Shown: piece by piece, positions 55,839 to 64,000 of the stretch
How positions within the stretch are numbered: position 1 is the stretch's first letter
How the letters are laid out: each line of letters opens with the position of its first letter
IMG/VR virus record: IMGVR_UViG_3300020577_010931
Location: 26,951-90,950 of that record
Length of the DNA stretch: 64,000 bases
Strand: one strand, 5' to 3'
DNA from: a virus
Lineage: Duplodnaviria > Caudoviricetes
Notes under the pieces: generated by a model
Told to the model about the DNA's origin: nothing
The model's database searches: none
The model's input: the letters and a program-made list of their open reading frames with translations, nothing else
Translations under genes and position numbers: made by a program

Positions 55839-56051
55839 CTAGATTTTCTCGTTCATACCCAACTTCTCGGCGATGCGACGGAGAGCGTCACGTTGACGAT
55901 CCGAGAGGAACATATTCACCTCGTACTTCTCCATTTTTTCGCGAAGATCCTCGCAGAAGCTGTTCTCCCATTCGGTCAGCTTGTCCTGGGAGTCACCAGC
56001 TTCCATCAGAATCTGCTGGAGGGCTGCGTAGTCTTCTTCGACGATGCTCAT
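55839..56051 (-). CDS. Hypothetical protein
   Basis: KLTEWENSFCEDL...LSDRQRDALRRI helical motif, common in phage small proteins. Confidence 0.6.
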   Translation of the reverse strand: MSIVEEDYAALQQILMEAGDSQDKLTEWENSFCEDLREKMEKYEVNMFLSDRQRDALRRIAEKLGMNEKI

Positions 56052-56350
56052 TCGGTCACCAACTTTGAGAAGAACAGAGCGGCATCCGCGAGAACTGCTC
56101 TGACTTCGGGTTGCACATTTGGATCATGACTGAACTTCTCGGCACTGCTCAGAAAGAAGAGGAACCGTTGGATCAGATCATGGTTACGGTTGAGGTGGTA
56201 CGAAACATTCTGCCTACTCATATCCATATACGTGGCAATGGCCTGAATTGACATCCCTTTTTCTTTGAGCCTGTGGATTTCTAGCACTCGTTCGAAATTC
56301 GACGGACCTAGAATCACATTCTCTTCTCTACCGACCCAGCGTCCAGGCAT
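56048..56350 (-). CDS. HTH DNA-binding protein
   Basis: LKEKGMSIQAIATYMDMSRQNVSYHL. Confidence 0.7.
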   Translation of the reverse strand: MPGRWVGREENVILGPSNFERVLEIHRLKEKGMSIQAIATYMDMSRQNVSYHLNRNHDLIQRFLFFLSSAEKFSHDPNVQPEVRAVLADAALFFSKLVTE

Positions 56351-56450
56351 CTCTCCACCTCATCGACCCGGAGCTTCTGTAGATCAGACGGAGCACGTCT
56401 ATATTGCCATTGGGCCAGTCTTATTTATACTATAGAGCTCCCAGACGACA

Positions 56451-56723
56451 ATGGTAAAACACTCCATGGACAGAGATCATATTGCTGTTCTTGACTCGGC
56501 CCAGCCGAGAAAGAATACTGTCGAGACTCTGGAGCGTATGCTTGCCGATGCGAAGACAGGCAGACTTCAGAATTTCACTGGTGTCGCTGAGTACACTGAA
56601 GGAGATCAAGATCATATCTACACAGGCACTTATGATTATGCACGACTTCTCGGAGCACTGACATGGTCTCGTCATCGAATCATGAAGATGATGGACAAGA
56701 AACAGAAGCAGGAGAGATTCTAG
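56451..56723 (+). CDS. Hypothetical protein
   Basis: VETLERMLADAKTGRLQNFTGVA...LLGAL; divergent from the HTH gene. Confidence 0.6.
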   Translation: MVKHSMDRDHIAVLDSAQPRKNTVETLERMLADAKTGRLQNFTGVAEYTEGDQDHIYTGTYDYARLLGALTWSRHRIMKMMDKKQKQERF

Positions 56724-57004
56724 ATTCACAGCCATCCTGGACGTTCTTCGGTCTCTCCTATGCCGCCTATCTTACAATTCCACGTCTGGCTCTCCAGGAA
56801 CTCCCTGTTGAGTGGCAGCAGAAATTCTTCGATCTTCTACGGGAGGCGGCCGAGGAGCACGGACTCGATACTCCCAGCTATGTCGTTATGCGAAGGGATC
56901 ATCGTGGGAGACTTACCTCCCAGGATCCGTGGGCTGACTACAGAAACAGTACCGTCGCAGAAGCCAGATCTTTGGACATAATCAACAAAAAGAGTAGATT
57001 TTAA
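56663..57004 (+). CDS. Conserved phage hypothetical protein
   Basis: FGLSYAAYLTIPRLALQELP.EWQQKF..LL motif. Confidence 0.6.
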   Translation: MVSSSNHEDDGQETEAGEILDSQPSWTFFGLSYAAYLTIPRLALQELPVEWQQKFFDLLREAAEEHGLDTPSYVVMRRDHRGRLTSQDPWADYRNSTVAEARSLDIINKKSRF

Positions 57005-57059
57005 TTGATTTTGCTCACCATGTCATACCGGCTATACTACATGGCATGGCAGGTGAATC

Positions 57060-57962
57060 GTGGTACGGATCAGAAGTAAGCAGTCGACCATTCAGTGGAT
57101 GATTGATGTTGAAGAGGAACTGCAACGTTACCTCAAGGAAATCGATCATTCTCTTAACGGACGTGCTGCCTTCTCTCGTAAAGACATTGACAGAATTGTA
57201 AATCGCTTTACGACATGGCCCCACACCAAGATCGTTCCAGACGTTATTGAGCTTCCTGGGATTCCACCGTCGTATAATAAATTCATGTTCGGTTGCGATT
57301 ACTTCTCTCCTGGTGGCAACGTCGCCAAGATGAGATATCTCTATCTTATTATGGATCATCTCACAGTTGCTCGGAAGAGCTTCCGCTCGTTCCAATGCTA
57401 CATGCCTGTCTATATCTCGCACCATGCTGTAACTCGATTGCTGGAGCGAGGCATCAACGACTATAGCTTTCTCGCCAAAGAGATTCGCTCGATTGTGAAA
57501 CTCGGCCCAGCGATGTTGCTGTACTTCAATAATCGTGACCCGAATCTCGGACAATCGAGAGTCTTCTTCCTCCCCTCGACTGTTGGTGGTTTCGTTTGCC
57601 GCTATCGTCCTGGGAACCCAGCGAAAGGATTGGAAGGAGCTATCGACATTCGAACGTACCTGTCCATCCACGAACTAAACCGTGATCAGATGGAGCACCG
57701 TTCGGAGTTGAGTCGAAATTTGATTCCCCACGACGATGTTCTCAAGCGCCTGGGGATTCGGAATGCTATGGTCGCCGTTCAGGAGAGGAAGATTTCCGGG
57801 AAGCGTAAACCAGAAATGGACGAAGACGAATTGCTCGATCTGATTGGTGAGTTTATGAAATCTGTCCCGCTGGAGGACCGTGCGGATAGGCTAGACGCTG
57901 TCCTTTGGGGTGTACCTGAAGGGTCTCGGGCTTGCACCGGAAACACTCAACCTGTACCCTAA
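57060..57962 (+). CDS. Hypothetical protein
   Basis: 300-aa ORF downstream of a TTGCTC-N16-TATACT-like promoter. Confidence 0.65.
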   Translation: MVRIRSKQSTIQWMIDVEEELQRYLKEIDHSLNGRAAFSRKDIDRIVNRFTTWPHTKIVPDVIELPGIPPSYNKFMFGCDYFSPGGNVAKMRYLYLIMDHLTVARKSFRSFQCYMPVYISHHAVTRLLERGINDYSFLAKEIRSIVKLGPAMLLYFNNRDPNLGQSRVFFLPSTVGGFVCRYRPGNPAKGLEGAIDIRTYLSIHELNRDQMEHRSELSRNLIPHDDVLKRLGIRNAMVAVQERKISGKRKPEMDEDELLDLIGEFMKSVPLEDRADRLDAVLWGVPEGSRACTGNTQPVP

Positions 57963-58123
57963 CAAGGTTAGCCCCGACAAGAGTCTTGCACACTCCGGTC
58001 GGGGCGCCGCTTCACGTTCCTGTGAAGAACGTGACCACTTGGGAGCTGTCACGAACCACGGTCTCAGTATAGCACTCGCTGGGAGCATGGCAAGCGTGAT
58101 GAAGTCTCCTACTCCGTTCTGGG

Positions 58124-60928
58124 GTGGGTATGGACTGGAAGCACTATCGTTCCGAGGAGGCCATCGCCAAGGCTCCTCGTCGAGATATCCTGGAGCGGTT
58201 TCTCGGTATCTACCGAAGAGTGGAGAACCGTAATCAGGTTCTTCACCTAGTTCGCATTAAAGACGGCATAACTGAAGGTGTCGTCTTCAGTTTGAATGAC
58301 CCAGACAGGATGTTCGCCTGGATCCAGGAATGGAATCCGAAGGGCTGGAACATCTATTTCACAGTCAATATCCCAAAGAATCTTCTGAATAAGAAACTGT
58401 CGAAGGAGGATATGGGTGCGGCCGTCTTCGTCCATGTGGACGTCGATTTCACACTTGCCGAAAAGAAAGAAGCTTCTGATGACGACGCCTATGCTGAGGC
58501 GTTGGAGAAACTCTATGCCGATATCAAGGGAAAGGTTCGCAAGGAACCAACTCTAACTCTTTTCAGCGGTAATGGATTTCAGCTTTTCTGGAAGCTGGAT
58601 GAACGTATCAATCTTCTCAAAGAACCGCTGGAAGCAATTGAAGATCTGAATAAGATCGTTGTCAAGTATTTCGAAGGTGATAAGAGTTGCTGGAACGTAG
58701 ACCGCGTGATGCGTTTTCCTGGGACGATCAACCATCCCAGTGCGACGAAGCTGAAGTACGGGTTCAAGACGACAACGTCCGATATCATGGAGACGTCGTC
58801 TTCAGAAATTTCCGCCGGCGAGGTTTTTAGTCTCTGGTCAGACGGGAAGGTGATTCCTTCGAACGTCATTGATTCCACAACGAGCAAGGAAACTTTGGTT
58901 GATGAAATCGATTGGAACACTCCTGTTCCAGAACGATTTCTTCGGATGGTGGCTGGAAAGGAGAAACGTCACGAGAAAGTTCGTATCAACTGGGAACTGA
59001 GACGCGAGGAATTCGAACCAGATGCTGATCTGTCTGGAAGCGGTTATGACTTCCAGATGACCAAGTTGCTGCGTCACAGAGGATTCAACATCTCTGAGAT
59101 TGCGGCTGTTCTTATGGCACATCCTTATGAGGGTGGAGTCAGAGACCAGAAGAAATACGATACTCTTCAGAAGAGAGAACGTCAGATTGAGCGAGCCTGG
59201 AAAGCCGGCAAGTTCTCTGACGGTGATGAATTCATTGCAGCCATAGAGAACATTGACCCAGAGAACTTCTCGCTAGACGAGATGTTCGGGCAGATGCGTG
59301 ATATGAACATGGGCGAAGGTGATGTCGCTCGTGTTCTCAAGAAGATTTCCCAGGTGGCGAAGCTGCCCAGGAATTCGATCAACGCTCAGTACGATCAGTT
59401 TCTGCGTGGATCTTCAGAAGATGAGTTCTCGCTGAACGACGCAGGCAACGGTCAGAGAATCCACAAGTATTTCGGAGATATTCTCAAGAAGCAGAAGGAT
59501 ATCTTCTTCAAATTCAATGGCGCACGATGGGAGAAGATCGAAGATATCGATGACCTGAAGTCTCTCGTTATCGAAGCTGTGTCACACTGCGGAATCGATA
59601 AGTGGATTCACAAGTGTTCTGACATGGCGAAGATTCGTGCTGCGGTGGCAGCAGCGAAGGAAGAGCTCAAAGTAGACGATACCTATTTCAACCAGTCTTT
59701 CTGCGGTCATCTTTTGAATGTGAAGAATGGTACCATCGATCTCCGCACAGGGGAACTTAGAGAATTCAATACGGCTGATCGTATCACACATCAACTCAAA
59801 ATTGAATATCACAAGGACGCCAAGGCTCCGACCTGGATGTCATCTCTGAATCTGTGGATGCAGGGAGACCAGGAGATGATTGATTTCCTGCAAGTCATTT
59901 CTGGGATCATCATCGCAGGAGATCCAAGAGAGCAGAGATTCTTTCTGTTCTATGGGCCGGGCGGTTCGGGTAAGTCTACCTATCTCAATGCGTTCTATGA
60001 AATTCTGGGAGACCTCGCGAAGACTATCAAGAACACCTCGTTGCGTCTCAAGACGAATGATTCTCATCCCGTCGATATGATGAACTTCCTGGGTTCCAGG
60101 TTGGTCAAGACTGACGAAATCCCAGAGGGAATGCGTCTGGATACGTCGGTCATCAAGAGCGTGGTCACGATGGAGAAGATCACAGCCCGTGGCATGCGGG
60201 AGAATTTCCAGGAGTTCGATCCTACTCATACTTTCATCATGATGGGCAACCATCGTCCTATGGTGACAGCGACTGACGAGGGTATCTGGCGTCGTCTGAT
60301 CCAGGTGGACTTTGGATATGCGATCCCGGAGCATGCCCGTGATCTACATATGGATGAGAAGCTTCGAGCGGAAGCTGAGGGTATCCTGGCGTGGGCTGTG
60401 GAAGGAGCCGTTCGCTGGAATCGAGAAGGACTTCGTATTCCGTTCAAGGTACAGAATGCCTCGAAAGACTATCGTCATGATAGCGATAGTCTCAGTAATT
60501 TCTTCGAGATTTGTTGTCGTTTCGACAATAGTCCTGCGGTAGGAGATAGAGGAACTTCAGCCGTACTTCTCTACGATCGATATTCGCAGTGGTGCGAAGA
60601 GAGTGGCCTCGATCCAATGGGTCGAAATTTCTTTCAGAAAGCGATGATTGAGAGAGGACGTAAATATGAAATGGTTTCAGATGCTCGGATGCAAGAACCC
60701 AAGATGGGGTATAAGGGCGTCTTTCTGAAAGATTACGATAGATTTAACATGACCCAGGAGCAAGTGAATCAGGCTGCGCTCGTAATGCAGGATGAACTCA
60801 GTGAAGCTGACCTTGCAATGAAAATGACAAAGACGATTGTCAAAGCTCTAGAAGAAACCATTGGAAAATCAGCCGCCGAGCATTTTTTGCGTCGCTTGCG
60901 TGCTGGGAGCTCTAGGGAGCCCATGTAA
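58124..60928 (+). CDS. Primase-helicase (RepB/AEP-like primase + D5-type SF3 helicase)
   Basis: WNIYFTVN; FVHVDVD; FSGNGFQLFWKL; NVDRVMRFPGTIN; LLNVKNGTIDL; YGPGGSGKST; DEIPEG...IK..VT.E.I.AR; GIWRRL. Confidence 0.92.
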   Translation: MGMDWKHYRSEEAIAKAPRRDILERFLGIYRRVENRNQVLHLVRIKDGITEGVVFSLNDPDRMFAWIQEWNPKGWNIYFTVNIPKNLLNKKLSKEDMGAAVFVHVDVDFTLAEKKEASDDDAYAEALEKLYADIKGKVRKEPTLTLFSGNGFQLFWKLDERINLLKEPLEAIEDLNKIVVKYFEGDKSCWNVDRVMRFPGTINHPSATKLKYGFKTTTSDIMETSSSEISAGEVFSLWSDGKVIPSNVIDSTTSKETLVDEIDWNTPVPERFLRMVAGKEKRHEKVRINWELRREEFEPDADLSGSGYDFQMTKLLRHRGFNISEIAAVLMAHPYEGGVRDQKKYDTLQKRERQIERAWKAGKFSDGDEFIAAIENIDPENFSLDEMFGQMRDMNMGEGDVARVLKKISQVAKLPRNSINAQYDQFLRGSSEDEFSLNDAGNGQRIHKYFGDILKKQKDIFFKFNGARWEKIEDIDDLKSLVIEAVSHCGIDKWIHKCSDMAKIRAAVAAAKEELKVDDTYFNQSFCGHLLNVKNGTIDLRTGELREFNTADRITHQLKIEYHKDAKAPTWMSSLNLWMQGDQEMIDFLQVISGIIIAGDPREQRFFLFYGPGGSGKSTYLNAFYEILGDLAKTIKNTSLRLKTNDSHPVDMMNFLGSRLVKTDEIPEGMRLDTSVIKSVVTMEKITARGMRENFQEFDPTHTFIMMGNHRPMVTATDEGIWRRLIQVDFGYAIPEHARDLHMDEKLRAEAEGILAWAVEGAVRWNREGLRIPFKVQNASKDYRHDSDSLSNFFEICCRFDNSPAVGDRGTSAVLLYDRYSQWCEESGLDPMGRNFFQKAMIERGRKYEMVSDARMQEPKMGYKGVFLKDYDRFNMTQEQVNQAALVMQDELSEADLAMKMTKTIVKALEETIGKSAAEHFLRRLRAGSSREPM

Positions 60929-60979
60929 CAGGGGCGGTAGGGTAGGCCACCCGCCGCCCCCGGAGGCACTGTAGCACGC

Positions 60980-61324
60980 TTAAAACGGCTCGGTGTTACG
61001 TCGTGTAACACGGCCACCCCGCTGCCGCGCCCTAAACTCCTCCTCTTCCCTCTGCTGGGCCGCTCTCTCAGCGTGCATGGCCTGCTCTTTGTAGACCTGG
61101 AACTGGTCGAGAGCACTCTCCCAGCCATCCATGGCCTTCCTCACCTTCCGCAGAACATCGCTGTTCACACAGGCGTTCGATCCTCCCTGTTGGAGATTGC
61201 CGCAGAGGACGTCGTGGACTTCCTTCGCCTTCTTTTCACAAAGAGCGGCGTATGCGTCTCGCAGTTCGGCCGACGGTTCGATCCCAGTCTCCTCAAACTG
61301 CTTCTTGTCGTTCGGCTTGCGCAT
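60980..61324 (-). CDS. Hypothetical protein
   Basis: Start taken as ATG 61324 (MRKPNDKK...). Confidence 0.5.
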   Translation of the reverse strand: MRKPNDKKQFEETGIEPSAELRDAYAALCEKKAKEVHDVLCGNLQQGGSNACVNSDVLRKVRKAMDGWESALDQFQVYKEQAMHAERAAQQREEEEFRARQRGGRVTRRNTEPF

Positions 61325-61550
61325 AGTTCGCTTCTCCGTTGAGTGTGATTGATTCCTGGAGATTATGGATCTTCTGGAGTCCATCCAGAACGGCATCCAC
61401 ATCCATACGAATAGATTCCTGGCGGTAGAGACTAGTCTCCTTAAGGATTTCCGCCATCCTCTTCGCACGCTTGTTGAGACGATTTTGGAACCAGTCAATT
61501 CGACGTAGGGTCTCCAAGACATTCATAACCCACACTCTGAGAACATCCAT
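61293..61550 (-). CDS. Hypothetical protein
   Basis: Start taken as ATG 61550 (MDVLRVWVM...). Confidence 0.45.
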   Translation of the reverse strand: MDVLRVWVMNVLETLRRIDWFQNRLNKRAKRMAEILKETSLYRQESIRMDVDAVLDGLQKIHNLQESITLNGEANYAQAERQEAV

Positions 61551-61578
61551 TAGGATGGATATTCTAGAGGGGAAATGT

Positions 61579-61776
61579 CTAAGATGAAAGGCGTGAAACA
61601 AGATTGAAACCCAGAGGACAGGGCTTCTCGTTACAGAAGATAGGAATTGGCTTCCCGGCCATAATGACATTCCCGCATTTCATACACTTAACGCCGAGGA
61701 TTTCGGCTTTGTCGATCTCTGGGTTGTGGGTCTCTGGAATCTGAAGAAGACCATCAACTATTTGATACGTTGCCAC
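61579..61776 (-). CDS. Small Zn-ribbon protein
   Basis: CMKC...C....C. Confidence 0.5.
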   Translation of the reverse strand: MATYQIVDGLLQIPETHNPEIDKAEILGVKCMKCGNVIMAGKPIPIFCNEKPCPLGFNLVSRLSS

Positions 61777-62374
61777 GGCTCGCTTCCTTGAATGAGAGAT
61801 ACGCGTCCAGATCGATCTGAGCTACTGAGACTGTTTCGTCGCCCACGATCCAATGAGCAGGGTACTTCCCTCCTGGAAACTTGAATTCGACCCCCGCAAC
61901 TCTGCGACCTCTTTTCTCCTGGGTATCATTCGTGTGCGTAATATAGGGTCGGAAGCTATCCCTCGGAATACCGAGAGGGAGAAATCTATCGGCTTCCCAT
62001 AAAGCGAGATTCTCCTGGGCCTTATCTTTTCCCTTCTTCTCGTAGTAATTCAGTCTGCACCACTTATTGCAGTAGACGCCATGTCGATCATAGCATCTGT
62101 CAGGAAACTCATCCACGCGAACCGCTTGATAGCAATTCGAACATTCGTACCACCAGCCGAGATTCTCAACGAGAAATTCGACCGGGACCGGCCCAGGAGC
62201 ATAGCGATCAGCTCCTGGGATGCGACGAACCCTAAGACCCTCTATTTCTCCTTCGTTCACAGCATGAGCCCCAAGCCGGCGAGCCTCGAGATTGTATCTA
62301 GCGAAAACGATCTCCGAGTGACCTTCATAGATCTCTTGAACCTCGTAGGCTCGCAATGGCTTGGGGCTTGTCAT
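61754..62374 (-). CDS. Conserved phage hypothetical protein with Cys motifs
   Basis: RAYEV.E..EG...IVFA....ARR.GA; R.PGAD.YAPGPVP...L...GWWYECSNC; YC..WC. Confidence 0.65.
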   Translation of the reverse strand: MTSPKPLRAYEVQEIYEGHSEIVFARYNLEARRLGAHAVNEGEIEGLRVRRIPGADRYAPGPVPVEFLVENLGWWYECSNCYQAVRVDEFPDRCYDRHGVYCNKWCRLNYYEKKGKDKAQENLALWEADRFLPLGIPRDSFRPYITHTNDTQEKRGRRVAGVEFKFPGGKYPAHWIVGDETVSVAQIDLDAYLSFKEASRGNVSNS

Positions 62375-62375
62375 A

Positions 62376-63050
62376 TCACTCTCTGAAGAGTTTTTTCAGA
62401 GTGTTGTGGACTTCGGACACCGACCCATCAGGATCATCACGATTCATTCGAATGATCATGACATTCTTCCCGTCTTCGAGGGCGGCCATGATCGAAGACA
62501 GAACATCATCGTCTTCCTGAGGAGGATGTTCGACGATGTAGCCGTCGTTGCGGATGCGCTCGTAGATCGCGTCCATCTCATCTTCAGTCGGCTTGCTGAG
62601 CCAGATGATAGCGTCGCTGGGGATTCGTCCCATCCCGGCGTACGGTCCTTCCTCGTCAATGATGGCGAAGAACTGGAAAGCGTGGTCGAGAAGATCGTCG
62701 TCGATCATCATCCTGAGAATATCCTCCGGGAAGGAGAGATACTCTTTCTCGTGTCCTCGCACTCGAGTGTCGAACGTTTCTCTATTCGTATTCGCGGTAT
62801 CCTGTCTCCTGGGGATGAAGCGAATCGGCGGTTCAGAATTCTCGCAGAACGCGATGAAATTGAAGACGACGCTATACAAGAGCTGACACCACTGCTTCCT
62901 CTTGTCGAGCTGCCCCAGATAGAAATCAGTCGCAAGAGGGTTGTGGACGCGAAGCTCGAGCCCGGCGTTCCAGGCTTCCCAGAGATCCTGCTTCGTGGCT
63001 TCGGGAGTGGGGACAAAGGTGTTGGTCATTTGGCATCCTTCTTTGCGCAC
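62376..63050 (-). CDS. Hypothetical protein
   Basis: 224-aa ORF within an operon-like run. Confidence 0.6.
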   Translation of the reverse strand: MRKEGCQMTNTFVPTPEATKQDLWEAWNAGLELRVHNPLATDFYLGQLDKRKQWCQLLYSVVFNFIAFCENSEPPIRFIPRRQDTANTNRETFDTRVRGHEKEYLSFPEDILRMMIDDDLLDHAFQFFAIIDEEGPYAGMGRIPSDAIIWLSKPTEDEMDAIYERIRNDGYIVEHPPQEDDDVLSSIMAALEDGKNVMIIRMNRDDPDGSVSEVHNTLKKLFRE

Positions 63051-63268
63051 TGAGGACAGGTTACGTCACCGTCTCGTCCAAAGACCCATCCAGCTTCCTG
63101 GGCTTGCTTCTTGCAGTCCTTAAAGGTTTCTCCAAGAAACGTCGCTTCTCCTGTTCCTCTAAACTGCTTGCCATCAATCCAGATGTGATGAGCAGTCTTC
63201 GGTTGGTTCTTCGCTGTCGCCATTACATTGCGACAGTAGAGATCCATGGAGTAGCCGGATGCGATCAC
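63026..63268 (-). CDS. Small Zn-binding hypothetical protein
   Basis: GYSMDLYC...C...A...GW......CPQC. Confidence 0.55.
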   Translation of the reverse strand: MIASGYSMDLYCRNVMATAKNQPKTAHHIWIDGKQFRGTGEATFLGETFKDCKKQAQEAGWVFGRDGDVTCPQCAKKDAK

Positions 63269-63331
63269 AGGTACCTCTTCGGCAACAGCCTAGTATGGCC
63301 TATGTGATCTCTCAATGCTAAATCAAAATAT

Positions 63332-63562
63332 TCAAGCGCGACCAGGACTTATGTGGTGTTCCTTTCCATCGACATAGATGTATCTGTCGCACCAGACGCA
63401 TCCAGCCATCTGGGCCGCCACGGCAGCATCACCCTGAAGAAGACAGGAAGGAAGACCTTGGCAGACCCAGACGGTGCTGACCTCATCGTTTTCGGTCGTG
63501 GTCCTTGACGATGATGTGCTTGAAGATTCGTCGGTGGACATCGTCTTTCGTATGGCCGTCAT
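63332..63562 (-). CDS. Small hypothetical protein
   Basis: WVCQGLPSCLLQGD.AV.AQ.AGC.WC.R. Confidence 0.45.
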   Translation of the reverse strand: MTAIRKTMSTDESSSTSSSRTTTENDEVSTVWVCQGLPSCLLQGDAAVAAQMAGCVWCDRYIYVDGKEHHISPGRA

Positions 63563-63965
63563 AGTTGTTGCTCGGAGCGAGATTCTCCGGAGCAATATAC
63601 CTGACGTCTTCGAAAAGATACAAGTGGTCCTTGTGAAAGTGATAACTGATCTGCCCTGTCGGCAGGAAGATGTAGATGCAATTGTGCCAGTCAGCGTCCC
63701 AGCCCTCGATAGCCGTCACTGTACGAAATGAATCGTAATGACGAGCCAGGAGAGCTACGACATGATTTCTCTCCAGATAAGCCTGGTCCTTTCTCTTCTT
63801 GTAATCGTCTCGCTCTGCGACGGCATTCATCAGAGCGACGTTTTCCAGAACGGATTCGGTATCAGCCACGACGACCTCCTCTGACAGCACCACGGAGTTC
63901 CTCCAGGGCACTCGAAGTGCCGCGAACCAGGAGGTTATCCTCGAAAGCGAGTTCCGGAATGACAT
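63483..63965 (-). CDS. Conserved phage hypothetical protein (GQISYH / YDGH motif)
   Basis: AYLERNHVVALLA...WHN..YI.LPTGQISYHF...YDGHT..DV..R. Confidence 0.6.
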   Translation of the reverse strand: MSFRNSLSRITSWFAALRVPWRNSVVLSEEVVVADTESVLENVALMNAVAERDDYKKRKDQAYLERNHVVALLARHYDSFRTVTAIEGWDADWHNCIYIFLPTGQISYHFHKDHLYLFEDVRYIAPENLAPSNNYDGHTKDDVHRRIFKHIIVKDHDRKR

Positions 63966-64000
63966 CGTATTTGCTGCCTCCCGCCGCCTCGTATCCCTTC

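Noticed and set aside
1-64000. Integrase, transposase, intron/intein, DGR or invertase-driven fibre switching
   Set aside because: No recombinase, reverse transcriptase, homing endonuclease or intein motifs were found. PolA, NrdA, TerL and the helicases are uninterrupted, and no inverted repeats flank the fibre cassettes.
1-64000. Stop-codon reassignment
   Set aside because: All long genes read through in code 11 and end at TAA, TGA or TAG at the expected lengths; no suppressor tRNA was found.

Overview
This is a 64-kb internal segment of a tailed dsDNA phage genome with siphovirus morphology, judged from its lambda-like tail tip. No portal, capsid or integrase gene lies in the window. The promoter pattern suggests an alphaproteobacterial host, but that is only an inference. 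Layout: (1) 1-21.2 kb, + strand: tail terminator, tail tube, frameshifting tail chaperones, tape measure, gpM/L/K/I/J-like tail tip, first fibre cassette, and lysis genes (GH19 endolysin, holin, overlapping spanins). (2) 21.7-46.5 kb, + strand: SNF2 helicase, SSB-like protein, a 5-hydroxymethyluracil DNA-modification locus containing a glycosyltransferase, PolA, dUTPase, 5'-3' exonuclease, Dda-like helicase, DnaQ, terminase S/L, a second fibre cassette and class Ia RNR. (3) 46.5-56.4 kb, - strand: accessory genes, tRNA-Arg(UCU), a Ro60/TROVE gene and a 1.4-kb non-coding region. (4) 56.4-61 kb, + strand: primase-helicase, followed by small - strand ORFs. The standout is the non-coding region upstream of Ro60. 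It holds a tandem array of nine covarying, Y-RNA-like structured RNA units on the - strand. Each is closed by a different stem plus a conserved bulged-C helix (GGUCG...UCAUC) and carries a different internal domain, one of which is a full circularly permuted tRNA mimic. The second highlight is the hmU locus, which pairs an HMUDK-helical protein with a GT-B glycosyltransferase and may make an uncharacterised sugar-modified thymidine. All family calls come from motif recognition by eye; no database searches were run.
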